64,000 nucleotides of DNA. It comes from Vicinamibacterales bacterium. Lineage in GTDB: Bacteria > Acidobacteriota > Vicinamibacteria > Vicinamibacterales > UBA8438. The notes below the pieces were generated by a model that had not been told where the DNA came from, searched no databases, and saw nothing but the letters and a program-made list of their open reading frames with translations. How positions within the stretch are numbered: position 1 is the stretch's first letter; each line of letters opens with the position of its first letter. The translations under genes and the position numbers were made by a program. Below are positions 36,105-45,987 of the stretch, piece after piece. Location of the stretch: the NCBI GenBank assembly GCA_965249105.1, contig OZ252219.1, positions 2,455,108 through 2,519,107 on the forward strand, written 5' to 3'.

Positions 36105-37304
36105 ATGAAGCACAGAACCGCGGTCTCGGCTTTCGTCCTAGCACTTGTACTTCTCGTGATGGTGGCTCCTGTCGCCGCGCAGGAGGTGACGGTGAGCGGC
36201 TATGTGGCCGGCGAGCTCCGCGCCTTTTTCCAGGCCCCGGCATTCCCCGACCAGCTCAATCACTTTCAGCCGTCACTGGCCATCGAGCCGGAGCTGCGGG
36301 TCCGCACCGAGGACCGCCAGCACCAGTTCACGCTCACGCCTTTCGCCAGGGTTGACGCCGCTGACAGCGACCGGACCCACGCCGATCTGCGTGAGGCGTT
36401 CTGGCGCGGGATCTTCGGCGACTGGGAGGTGCTGGTGGGGTCGAACGTCGTGTTCTGGGGGGTGACCGAGTCACGGCATTTGGTGAACGTCATCAACCAA
36501 ACGGACTTCCGCGAAGACGTCGACGAAGAAGACAAGCTCGGCCAGCCCATGGTCAACATCGAGTGGCAGCGCCCGTGGGGCCGCGTCAGCGGGCTCGTGC
36601 TGCTGGGCTTTCGGGAGCGGCCCTTTCCCGGCCTTGAGGGTCGTTTGCGGTTTCCGCTCCCGATCGACGCCAACGACGCGTTGTTCCCTGACGGCAAGCG
36701 CGCCGTCGACGTGGCCGTCCGGTACTCGCACTTCGTCGGCGACTTCGATATCGGCATCCATGCCTTCCACGGCACCGGCCGGGAACCGGCGTTCATGGTG
36801 AGTGACGCTGGCACCTCCTTGATCCCGATGTATCGGACCATTACCCAGCTTGGTCTCGACCTGCAGTACACACGAGACGCCTGGCTCTGGAAACTCGAGT
36901 CGATTGGCAGAGCCGGTGAAGGCGATACCTTCGGCGCCTTGGTGGGTGGCGTTGAGTACACGCGGTACCAGGTTTTTGGTGCTGCTGCGGACCTCGGGTT
37001 CCTTGGCGAGTACCTCTACGACGGACGCGACGGCACCGCCCCGCCCACCGCCTTCGACAACCACGGGTTCCTGGGGACACGCCTGGCCCTGAACGACACC
37101 CAGGACACGGCGCTATTGGCTGGTGCCGTCGTCGACCTGGAGGACGGGACGATGGCAGCCCGCATCGAGACCGAGCGGCGACTGACAGATCGCCTCACGC
37201 TCGAGATCGAGAGTCGGCTCTTCGGCCAGGTCGATCCGGCGAACCTGCTGCAATCGTTCCGCAACGACAGCTTCTTGACGGCGAGGGTGAGTCTCCACTT
37301 TTGA
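36105..37304 (+). CDS. Hypothetical outer-membrane beta-barrel protein (third gene of the MMPL/LolA-like cassette)
   Basis: Signal peptide, VFWGVTESRHLVNVINQTD, beta-strand pattern, terminal Phe. Confidence 0.75.
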   Translation: MKHRTAVSAFVLALVLLVMVAPVAAQEVTVSGYVAGELRAFFQAPAFPDQLNHFQPSLAIEPELRVRTEDRQHQFTLTPFARVDAADSDRTHADLREAFWRGIFGDWEVLVGSNVVFWGVTESRHLVNVINQTDFREDVDEEDKLGQPMVNIEWQRPWGRVSGLVLLGFRERPFPGLEGRLRFPLPIDANDALFPDGKRAVDVAVRYSHFVGDFDIGIHAFHGTGREPAFMVSDAGTSLIPMYRTITQLGLDLQYTRDAWLWKLESIGRAGEGDTFGALVGGVEYTRYQVFGAAADLGFLGEYLYDGRDGTAPPTAFDNHGFLGTRLALNDTQDTALLAGAVVDLEDGTMAARIETERRLTDRLTLEIESRLFGQVDPANLLQSFRNDSFLTARVSLHF

Positions 37305-37317
37305 GCACAGCTAGACA

Positions 37318-39144
37318 CTAGCCCGCGCCGCCGCCGCCACCTCCCCCACCGCCGCCACCGCCGGCCGAGGCACCCCCTCCGGCACCAGCCGCAGAGGTGA
37401 CCGTCGCAGTGGTGGCCGACACGATCGATGTCATGGCCTGGACAAATTCAGCCGGAGAGGCCGAACCATGGCTATGGACGTACCAGGGGACGTAGGTCGC
37501 CCGGTCCTCTTCGGACAACGACCCGAAGAGTCGCCCGGTCGACTTCGAGTCGAGCCCAAGCGCGATTCCGTAGACCAGATACTCGCCAATCTGTTCGCCC
37601 AATCCCGACCCCGTGTACCCTGCTGATAGTTCTTCAGGTACGCTCGGAGGGCCTTCAGCTTCATCCGCCTCAGCTTGGCCTCTGGGGTCAGGCGCAAGAT
37701 CGCAAAGGAGAGCGCCAGGCAGACGACCCCAGCCACCACAGCCACCAGACCTCGGGCTCCGCCGACGACCAACAGCACGATGCCCGTCACGATGATTCCC
37801 CCGGCGACGAGGGCCGAGATGGCCGTCATCTTCTTGCTGGCGGCGTCGTAGTAGGGAGCGTCGCCCGCCGCGCTGCGGACCAGGGTCTTCCATTTCTTGA
37901 ACCAGCGCTGCATCTTGCCCTTGGCCTTCCGCAACTGGCGAGAGTGCAGAACGTCACCCGCCTGCGCAACCTCCTCGAAGAGAAACGCGACCACGCCGCT
38001 CTCGTACGGTTGCAGCTGTCCTCGCTGGCGTTCATACGCCTGCCTGTCCAGCCGAATCGTGAAGTTGGGTCCCGGTTCGTACCATTTCTTCTTGGTGGGG
38101 TCCTGCTCGAGACTGACGATTCCCCTTCGGGCGAGGTCAAACAGCGTCGCGCCCAACGCGGCGCCGTGAACCTGTTTGCCGTGGTAGAAGTGGCTGACGA
38201 GGGCCGGAGACTCCTCGGGCAGCGTTGAGTCGATCGTCTGGCGGTAGTGAACGGGGTGCGCGCGCCCGGCGGTCAGATATCCGAAGAAGACCGTCAGTAA
38301 ACCACCCAACGCCACCACCCCGCCGACCTGACCGGCCACACGGTTGCTCTCCTCCCGTTCCTGAGCGGCCTCCAAATCCTGAACCCGTTGGGCATTCGCG
38401 TCACGGGCCCAGCCGTCCTCCTCGGCCATGATCCTGGGGAGCGCGGCGCCATCGGATTCTCGAGACGGGTCGGACTCCATCCAGCCTGTCGGAAACGTGA
38501 CCCGAGCCTCCCAGATCTTCCGGCCCGGCAGCGGAGCCACGGTGAATGACAGGCGACCGGACTCCCGGAATCCGACCTGGCCATGAAGTGGTCCATGCGC
38601 CCAAGCCCGGACCTCGTCGAACACCGCCGCCTCTGGCAACGCCAGGTCGACCTCCCACCGCGCCGATGGCCTGTGGATTGAGCTCGCCCACGAACTGGAA
38701 GTTGAGCTCGGCCACGTCGGGATGGACCATGACGGCATCGCTGATCCGATAGCGGAGTCTGAACGAACGGGTCTCGTCCTCCGCCTCGTAGTGCCACCGG
38801 ACGTGCAGCTCGTCGTCACTCGACTCCAGCTGGTAGGTGCCGGGCTCCTCGTCGGTCCCTGGGGCGAACGGGCGGTCTTCCTCCGAAAGCGAGAACTCGC
38901 TCACCGAGCCAACCCGGTCGAGGGGCAACGTGAGCTCGGCCCACGAGTACCGGCCGTCGAACGTATAAGTGCGTGTCTCGTCGATCCAGAGGCTACCGTC
39001 GGGGTCGACGCGGGCATCGACGAAGACCCGGTCCAACGAGTAGCTGCGGGCCCCAACGGTGGCCGGAAGGGCCAACAGCAGGCCAAAGAAGGCAAGGCCC
39101 ATGAACGGAGAACGACGGAATCGTGAGCCGAGTGCTCGAGCCAT
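37318..39144 (-). pseudogene. DUF2207 membrane protein broken by two 1-nt indels
   Basis: The frame changes at 38654-38656 (extra G: AV/EVDLALP) and at 37618-37620 (missing G: QQ/GYTGSG). It has the N-terminal SYSL...DGSLWIDETRTYTF and the Gly-rich C-terminus typical of DUF2207. Confidence 0.8.
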
Positions 39145-39347
39145 GTTCCTCACACATCCACCCAGACGGCGCCCACCGAAGGCTCCGATTGTACCCCCCG
39201 AGCCCGTCGCCTCCACCGGCCCAAACGATAGTCTCCACCAGGGCTGATACAAGGTATCCCCCCGGCAATCTCTCTTTCCTTGGTGATCATGCTTTGTCTC
39301 GTGACGTCACGCTATGTCTCAGAACGACATTTGCAGAACTTGCCACC

Positions 39348-39902
39348 ATGGCTCGTTTGGGCGTTGCGCTCGTCCTGATGGTCCTCACCGCCAAGGTTTT
39401 CGCGGCACCGGCGTTGACGGTCCGCGTCGTCAACCTCTCCGACCTGGACACTGGCGATCTCGACGCCGCGCTCGCGGCAACATCGGCACTCTATGAACAG
39501 GCGGGGATCTCGGTGACCTGGCTGGTCTGTGGCCCGTGTGACACCCCGATGACACGCAGCGAGCTGTGGCTGCGAGTCGCATCCTCACCACTGGCAACAG
39601 GGACCACGTTGGGGGACGCGGCGTTGAACCCTGAGACGGGCACGGGCGTCGTGGCGACGGTCTATGCCGATCGGGTGGCGCGTGCCTCCAAGGAGGCGGG
39701 CACTCGGGTCGATCGTCTACTCGGGCTCACTGTCGCTCACGAACTGGCGCACCTTGTGATGGGCTCCGTCCAACACGCGCGTACTGGCATCATGCGGTCT
39801 GGATCGTCGGTCGCCGACTTGCGATCGGGCCGACGCTTCGCCTTCACCGCGCGGGAAGGCTCCCAACTTCGCGTTGGACTGGCTCAACGGGCGACCGACT
39901 AG
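39348..39902 (+). CDS. Exported HExxH-motif hypothetical protein (acidobacterial type)
   Basis: Signal peptide; LGLTVAHELAHLVMG...H...GIM. Confidence 0.7.
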   Translation: MARLGVALVLMVLTAKVFAAPALTVRVVNLSDLDTGDLDAALAATSALYEQAGISVTWLVCGPCDTPMTRSELWLRVASSPLATGTTLGDAALNPETGTGVVATVYADRVARASKEAGTRVDRLLGLTVAHELAHLVMGSVQHARTGIMRSGSSVADLRSGRRFAFTAREGSQLRVGLAQRATD

Positions 39903-39981
39903 CCCAGCCTCCCGCATCGAGCCGCATGTCACTTGCGGCGGCTTACTTCTGCTCCGCGATCTCGGAGATGCTGTATGGGGG

Positions 39982-40023
39982 CCCCTTCGGGAGCATGGTG
40001 TTTGGCAGGAGCCGCACCAGCGC
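39982..40023 (-). repeat. 42-bp imperfect direct repeat of 41547-41588 inside an orphan ORF remnant
   Basis: 36/42 identical, with a 21-nt perfect core. Encodes ALVRLLPNTMLPKG versus ALVLLLPNTMLPEG. Confidence 0.7.
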
Positions 40024-40051
40024 ACCGCGAGTTAGGCGGGTCCGTCATTCG

Positions 40052-41431
40052 TCAGTAGTCGGCTGCGGCCAGCGAGACACGGATCAGCTCCTTGTCGTTG
40101 CGTTGGAAGATGTGGCGGTTGGCGTACGCGGGGTGGGACCAGTTGACCATCCGGTTCCACCGGGTCCGGGGCCCAGTGGCCCTATGGCCTGCCGTCGATG
40201 TTGGCTCGATCAGTTTCGTCCGGTCGAGCTCCACATAGCCCTCGGGGCTGAACTGGGCGATGATCAGATCCCCACTATCGTTGTTGACGAAGTACCGGTC
40301 GCCGTGCTGCACCGTAAAGACCGCGCTCCAGCGGTTCTGGGTGTTCATCGCGCCGCTCATCCAGAGCCGTTCTCCGGTGCGGGCATCCAGCCCACGAAGT
40401 TCCCCGTAGCTGTCCACGCCGTAGATGTAGTCACCCAAGATGATGGAGGTCGTGATCAGGGCATGCAATCCGTCGGTCTCGTCGGGTAGCTCGCTCCGGC
40501 CCGAGCCTTTCCACAGCATCGTCGCGTCGGGGCGGTCGGTATCGAGACGCATCATCAGCGAGCCGCCGTAGAACTGGCTCACCAGAAGATAGTTGTCGGT
40601 CCGGACCGGTGTCGCCACCGTGAGCCCAGACTTGACGTCCCACGGCTGCTCCCAGTACGCGTCGCCGGTGACCGGGTCCAGCGAGACGAGCGCACCCGGA
40701 TGCCAAATGATGAGCTGCCGGGCCCCGCCGGCCTCGTAGATGACCGGCTGGGCGTAGCCCATTTCTTGAACGGCCTCCACCGCGCGCCAGATCTCTTCAC
40801 CCGTATGCTTGTCGAAGGCCACGACAAGGGCGTCAGGCTCACCTCCCACGATCGTGATGAGGCGTTCCTCGTCGACCAGCGGGGCGCTCGTGACCCCCCA
40901 GGTTGGCACGCTCGTGTTGTACTCCTCGACGAAGTCCCGGTGCCACAACACCTCGCCGGTCTCGACATTCAGACACCACAAACGTCCCGTGGCTCCGACC
41001 ACGTAGACGCGGTCGCCGTCCACCGTCGGCGTCGCGCGGGGCCCGATGGCGTAGGTCACCATCAACATCCGATAGGACGTATGCCATTCGTGGGTCCAGA
41101 GCACCGCCCCCGTCTGTTCGTCGAGCGCGACCACCCGCTCGGTCCCATCCAAGGTGCGAGATTGTGGGTCTTCCATCCAGTCGAGGAGAAAGACTCGTCC
41201 GTCTGCCACCGCCGGTCCTGCAAATCCGGACCTCACCGGCGTTCGCCAGGCGACCTGTAGCCCCTCTGCCGGAAACCGGTCGATGATCCCGGTCTCGTGC
41301 CAGATCCCGAGCCGGTCTGCCCCCCGCCACTGTGGCCAGTCCTCGGCGTCGACCGGGTTGGCGCTCCAACCCAGCACCAGCGTGAGGATGAGCGATACCA
41401 GCACCCACGGCCGTTCGTGTTGAGACACCAT
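40052..41431 (-). CDS. PQQ-binding-like beta-propeller repeat protein
   Basis: AEDWPQWRG, repeated TGxxLW motifs, WSHPAYANR C-terminus. Confidence 0.88.
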   Translation of the reverse strand: MVSQHERPWVLVSLILTLVLGWSANPVDAEDWPQWRGADRLGIWHETGIIDRFPAEGLQVAWRTPVRSGFAGPAVADGRVFLLDWMEDPQSRTLDGTERVVALDEQTGAVLWTHEWHTSYRMLMVTYAIGPRATPTVDGDRVYVVGATGRLWCLNVETGEVLWHRDFVEEYNTSVPTWGVTSAPLVDEERLITIVGGEPDALVVAFDKHTGEEIWRAVEAVQEMGYAQPVIYEAGGARQLIIWHPGALVSLDPVTGDAYWEQPWDVKSGLTVATPVRTDNYLLVSQFYGGSLMMRLDTDRPDATMLWKGSGRSELPDETDGLHALITTSIILGDYIYGVDSYGELRGLDARTGERLWMSGAMNTQNRWSAVFTVQHGDRYFVNNDSGDLIIAQFSPEGYVELDRTKLIEPTSTAGHRATGPRTRWNRMVNWSHPAYANRHIFQRNDKELIRVSLAAADY

Positions 41432-41486
41432 AAGCGGTCAGGATACCGTATTCGACAACGGAGGCCCTAGTGCCACTGGACCAACA

Positions 41487-42248
41487 TCAGGAGCGCCGGG
41501 ATGGATACCAGAAACCGAGGAGTTTCCTGCCGCCCCGGATACGCAGACCCTCCGGGAGCATGGTGTTTGGCAGCAGAAGCACGAGCGCCACGAGATAAGA
41601 CGCAAGCATGGTAAGGACCCCACCCTTTGTCCGGGCGGACGTCACGACTGGGTGGCGGTGCAGTATCCCGAAATCCAGTCCCCGAGCGCGGCCGTAGCGC
41701 CGTAGGCGAAGGACGAAACCGAGTTCCTCGAACGCATACAGGTCTGCGTTGAAGCCGCCGATTGACCTGAAGGCCTCATGCCGGCAGAGGAGGAACACAC
41801 CAGGGGCCAATCCCAAGAGCCACAGGACGTTGGTGTCTCTTCGCACCTTGGCCCGCATCCACCAGCTCCCGCCGACCGCCCTCATCATTGCTCCGCACCC
41901 CACGATGCTTTTCTGGCCCAGCAGCCTCCACACGTCGGTCATGAGCGCCGGCGTCGGGTAGGAGTCAGCGTCGATGAAGAGCAACCAGTCGCCCCGGGCA
42001 ATGGCGGCACCCGCGTTGCGAGCCCGGGCGATCCCTCGCTCCTGCTCGAACACCACGCGCGCACCGGCACGACGCGCGACCTCGGCAGTGTCATCGGTCG
42101 AGGCGTTGTCGCAGACGATGATCTCCCAGGCGAGCCCGTCGGCCTGGTTCGCGCGGAGTGCATCGACGATCCGGTCGAGCGTCTCCTTCAGAGACTCCAC
42201 TTCATTCCACGCCGGGATCACGATGGAGAGGTCTACGGGTTTGGCCAC
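41487..42248 (-). CDS. Glycosyltransferase family 2
   Basis: SIVIPAWNE, VCDNASTD, ARNAGA, FIDAD. Confidence 0.92.
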   Translation of the reverse strand: MAKPVDLSIVIPAWNEVESLKETLDRIVDALRANQADGLAWEIIVCDNASTDDTAEVARRAGARVVFEQERGIARARNAGAAIARGDWLLFIDADSYPTPALMTDVWRLLGQKSIVGCGAMMRAVGGSWWMRAKVRRDTNVLWLLGLAPGVFLLCRHEAFRSIGGFNADLYAFEELGFVLRLRRYGRARGLDFGILHRHPVVTSARTKGGVLTMLASYLVALVLLLPNTMLPEGLRIRGGRKLLGFWYPSRRS

Positions 42249-42336
42249 CCTTGATATGTGAGCCGGATTTCGATTGAAAGCACAAGCCCCGCCGGCTATC
42301 GTGATGTCGTCTGTCGTCTGAGCTCAGGAGACCACC

Positions 42337-43624
42337 ATGCGAATGCTCCGATCGTTGCTGGTCGTGTGCGCCATCGCGGGCGCCCCCCCGGCACTGGCCC
42401 AGGATGTGCCGCAGGCGTTTGTCGGAGCCCGGCTGATCCCCATCGCCGGACCGGAGATTCCTGACGGCGTCGTCGTGGTTCACGAGGGTCAGATCGTGGC
42501 CGTCGGTCCAACGTCGGGCACCGAGATCCCTGTGGACGCCCAGCACCACGATCATGCCGGGTCTGGTCGACACCCACAGCCACATCGGCAGCCCCGAGGG
42601 CGGCGACAGCAGCGGCCCGCTCCACCCGGATGTTCGGGTTCTCGATTCGATCAACGTTCGGGACGCACGCTTTCAGAAAGCGCAGGCCGGGGGAATCACA
42701 ACGGTCAACGTGATGTCGGGGTCAGGCCATCTCCTGAGCGGCCAGACTGTCTATCTGAAGCTGAGGGACGCCTGGACGATCGACGAGCTCGCCATCTATC
42801 GCGAGGATGGTCAGGTGGCTGGCGGTATGAAAATGGCTAACGGCACGAACTCGCGGCGCCCGCCGCCGTTTCCCACAACCAGGGCCAGGTCGGCGGCGAT
42901 GGTGCGAGAGCAGTTCCTCAAGGCTCAAGACTATCGACTCCGCACCCAGACGGCCGACAGTGAAGCGGACCGACCGGCCCGTGACCTGCAGATGGAGGGC
43001 CTGCTCGAGGTCCTCGACGGCACGCGGGTGGTGCACCATCACACGCACCGTCACGACGACGTGATCACCGTTCTGCGTCTCGCGGAGGAGTTCGGCTTCC
43101 GGGCCGTGCTGCATCACGTGAGTGATGCGTGGATGGTGGCCGAGGAGATCGCCGAGGCCGGGGTCGCATCGTCACTGATTTTCGTCGACAGCCCCGGTGG
43201 GAAGCTGGAGGCCAGGAACATCGCATTCGAGAACGGTGCGGCACTCGAGCAGGCTGGCGCGACGGTCGGGTTTCACACCGACGACGGCATCACCGACTCG
43301 CGTCTCTTTCTTCGACAGGCTGGGCTGGCCGTCCGGGCCGGCATGTCGCGTGAGGGGGCCCTCGCGGGGCTCACGCTCGCCGGAGCCCGGATGCTCGACC
43401 TGGACGACCGGGTTGGTTCGCTCGAGGTCGGCAAGGATGCGGACCTCGTCGTGCTGTCGGGCGACCCGCTGAGTGTTTACACCCAAGTCCTCGAGACCTG
43501 GGTGGACGGCCAGCAGGTCTTTGACCGGTCTGACCCGACCGACCGGTTGTACGCGGTCGGTGGCTACGGAGCGAGCCATGACCAGGGTGCCATGCGTGAG
43601 CTCGAGCTGGAGGGACGGGAATGA
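42337..43624 (+). pseudogene. Amidohydrolase with a frameshifting deletion near the N-terminus
   Basis: The signal peptide and AFVGARLIPI...DGVVVV frame ends at ..AQHHD. The catalytic part (IMPGLVDTHSH, GMKMANG, HHHTH, FHTDD) is in the +1 frame from about 42550. Confidence 0.8.
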
Positions 43625-44850
43625 CTGGCCGCATGTTGCCTCACTCGCTGACGCTGACCGTCTTCATGATGCTCCTTGCGGCAAACGTCGCTCGGGCCCA
43701 GGTCGCCGTGCGCGGTGACACCGTGTACACGATGGCCGGGCCGCCGATACGGGACGGTATCGTAGTGGTTCGAGACGGGCAGATCGAAGAGGTAGGTCCG
43801 GCCTCGGAGGTCGACATTCCTGCCGGCTATGAGACGCTCACGGCGCGGGTCGTCACCCCTGGTCTCATCGATGCGCACACCGTCGTCGGGCTGGCCGGCT
43901 ACCTCAATCAAGAAGACGACCAGGACATGCTCGACCGCAGCGCGCCCATCCAGCCCGAGCTCCGGGCACTCGATGCCTACGACGCCACTGAGCGTCTGGT
44001 GGAGTGGCTCCGGGGATTCGGTATCACGACGATCCACACCGGACACGCACCAGGCACGCTGGTCTCGGGCCAGACGATGATTGCCAAGACCTTCGGAGAC
44101 ACGGTTGACGAAGCCGTCATGGTGCCAGCCGCCATGGTCACCGCGACGATCGCCGAATCGGCCCGCGGGGGTGACGGGGGCGCACCCGGAACACGTGGCC
44201 GGATGGTGGCCATGCTCCGCGCCGAGCTCCTGAAGGCACGGGACCACGCGACGCGGAAGGCCGACGCTGACGGAGGACGCCGGCCGGCTCCGAATCTCCG
44301 CCTTGACACCCTGGGCCGAGTGCTCGAAGGAGAACTGCCATTGCTCGTGACGGCGCATCGAGCGCGCGACATCATGACCGCGCTCCGGCTCGCCAGCGAG
44401 TTCGAGATCGACATCATCCTCGATGGCGTCGCCGAGGCTCATCTCGTCGTCGACGAGATCCAACACGCGGGTGTGCCGGTGATCGTCCATCCGACGATGT
44501 ATCGGGCAACCGGCGAGACGGAGAACCTAAGTTTCGAGACGGCGGCGACGCTTATCCGAGCGGGGATCCCAGTTGCACTCCAAAGCGGATTCGAGGCGTA
44601 CGTGCCGCGGACCCGCGTGGTGCTGTTCGAGGCCGGCGTGGCCGCCGCCCACGGACTCGAGTTCGAGGAGGCGCTCGCCACGATCACCATCGATGCCGCA
44701 ACCATCCTCGGCGTCGACGAGCGTGTTGGGTCAATCGAGGTGGGCAAGGACGCCGACCTGGCGCTCTACGACGGCGACCCGTTCGAGTACACGACGCACT
44801 GCATCGGGGTCATCGTCAACGGCATCGTCGTGAGCAACGCGGCCCGCTGA
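43621..44850 (+). CDS. Amidohydrolase family protein (second of a tandem pair)
   Basis: VTPGLIDAHT, RVGSIEVGKDADL; ATGA overlap with the upstream gene. Confidence 0.9.
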   Translation: MTGRMLPHSLTLTVFMMLLAANVARAQVAVRGDTVYTMAGPPIRDGIVVVRDGQIEEVGPASEVDIPAGYETLTARVVTPGLIDAHTVVGLAGYLNQEDDQDMLDRSAPIQPELRALDAYDATERLVEWLRGFGITTIHTGHAPGTLVSGQTMIAKTFGDTVDEAVMVPAAMVTATIAESARGGDGGAPGTRGRMVAMLRAELLKARDHATRKADADGGRRPAPNLRLDTLGRVLEGELPLLVTAHRARDIMTALRLASEFEIDIILDGVAEAHLVVDEIQHAGVPVIVHPTMYRATGETENLSFETAATLIRAGIPVALQSGFEAYVPRTRVVLFEAGVAAAHGLEFEEALATITIDAATILGVDERVGSIEVGKDADLALYDGDPFEYTTHCIGVIVNGIVVSNAAR

Positions 44851-44882
44851 GCGCCGCCGCCCCACCTACGTCTACCGCAACC

Positions 44883-45908
44883 CTACGGGGCAGCCTGGGC
44901 GGCGACCGCGTCTTCCATCCGCGCGCCGGCGAGGATGTTCGGGATCGCGTAGTTTCCCTCGTGGCAGGCGTATTCGTAGATCACGTAGTCGGGCTCGGCC
45001 GTGAGCGGCAGCGAGATCGTCCAGGGCTGGGTGTAAACATTCGGATCATCGACGGTGACCGTCCACATGATGGTGGTCTCGGACACGCGCTCATACCGCT
45101 CGACCACGTGGTGCGCCGGGCTCGTCGGGATGCCCTTCAAGCGCCCCCCGGCGAAACTCGACGCGATCCAGCCGCGGTTGTGGAAGTTCGTCGTCTCGAC
45201 CACTAGGACATCGCCGTCCCAGTGAGCGCGCGCGTCACCCATCCACAGGCCGATACGGTCGTCGATATGGGCATGGCCAGAAAGCGGAATGACCCGCAGC
45301 TCGTGGACCATCTCGTGCTGTAGCACGATGTGGTCGGGCGTCTGCACGATACGGTGCGTGTTGTTGTACCCAGCCGGGAGCATCGAGCCAGGAACACCGC
45401 GAGAGAGACACCTATCCAGGACGCTGAGGTATCGATAGTCGTCGCCTTCGTTCGCGAGACTGTAGGCCTTGGCCTCCAAGGCCCAGGGCTTGATCGGCGC
45501 CCGGCCGTCCGGCGGGTCGACGATCAACGAGGTCTGCCCGGTCGACAGGACGGTATCGCCCGAGTCGAGCCAGTAACTCCCGTAGCCGCCAACGTTCGCA
45601 CCTGCCTCGGTCCGTCGTGCTGGCGCGTCGTCCTGCGCTTGGCTAGACAGCTTCCGCCGCTGGTTGGCCGCCGCGATCTCTTCATCAGTCAGGAAGGCTC
45701 TTCCCTCGGCTGAATCGGGACGTTCCGTCGGCGTGATCGTCTTGTTCCCCCACAGGCCCTGGAGGTCGGGCTGGCCGTCAGCCGTGCGAGGCGTCGTCCA
45801 GTTGGGTTCGACGACCCGTTCGACCTGGGCCGCGGCCGTCGCCGGGGCGACGAGCGCGCAGGTGAGGGTCATGGTGGCCACGGTGAGCGGTGTGATGCGT
45901 GTCGGCAT
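44883..45908 (-). CDS. Conserved exported hypothetical protein (PRTADGQPDLQGLW family)
   Basis: Signal peptide; WTTPRTADGQPDLQGLW, DRCLSRGVPG, MGDARAHWDGDVLVVETTNF, YEYACHEGNY. Confidence 0.8.
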   Translation of the reverse strand: MPTRITPLTVATMTLTCALVAPATAAAQVERVVEPNWTTPRTADGQPDLQGLWGNKTITPTERPDSAEGRAFLTDEEIAAANQRRKLSSQAQDDAPARRTEAGANVGGYGSYWLDSGDTVLSTGQTSLIVDPPDGRAPIKPWALEAKAYSLANEGDDYRYLSVLDRCLSRGVPGSMLPAGYNNTHRIVQTPDHIVLQHEMVHELRVIPLSGHAHIDDRIGLWMGDARAHWDGDVLVVETTNFHNRGWIASSFAGGRLKGIPTSPAHHVVERYERVSETTIMWTVTVDDPNVYTQPWTISLPLTAEPDYVIYEYACHEGNYAIPNILAGARMEDAVAAQAAP

Positions 45909-45987
45909 TGGTGCAACTCCTTCTGCGTCAATTGACGTGTGGCCCACTGAGCATGGTCGGTGCTGCTATTCTACGTCGTCTCGCGCC

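Noticed and set aside
41467-41490. CTAGTGCCAC at 41467, also at 7300 and 23032, as further IS630/MITE ends
   Set aside because: Similarity to the MITE TIR fades after about 7 nt, no partner inverted repeat was found, and two of the three lie in coding sequence.
45909-45987. Purine riboswitch upstream of the purine salvage operon
   Set aside because: The gap is only 79 bp, shared with a divergent gene, and lacks the conserved purine aptamer core.
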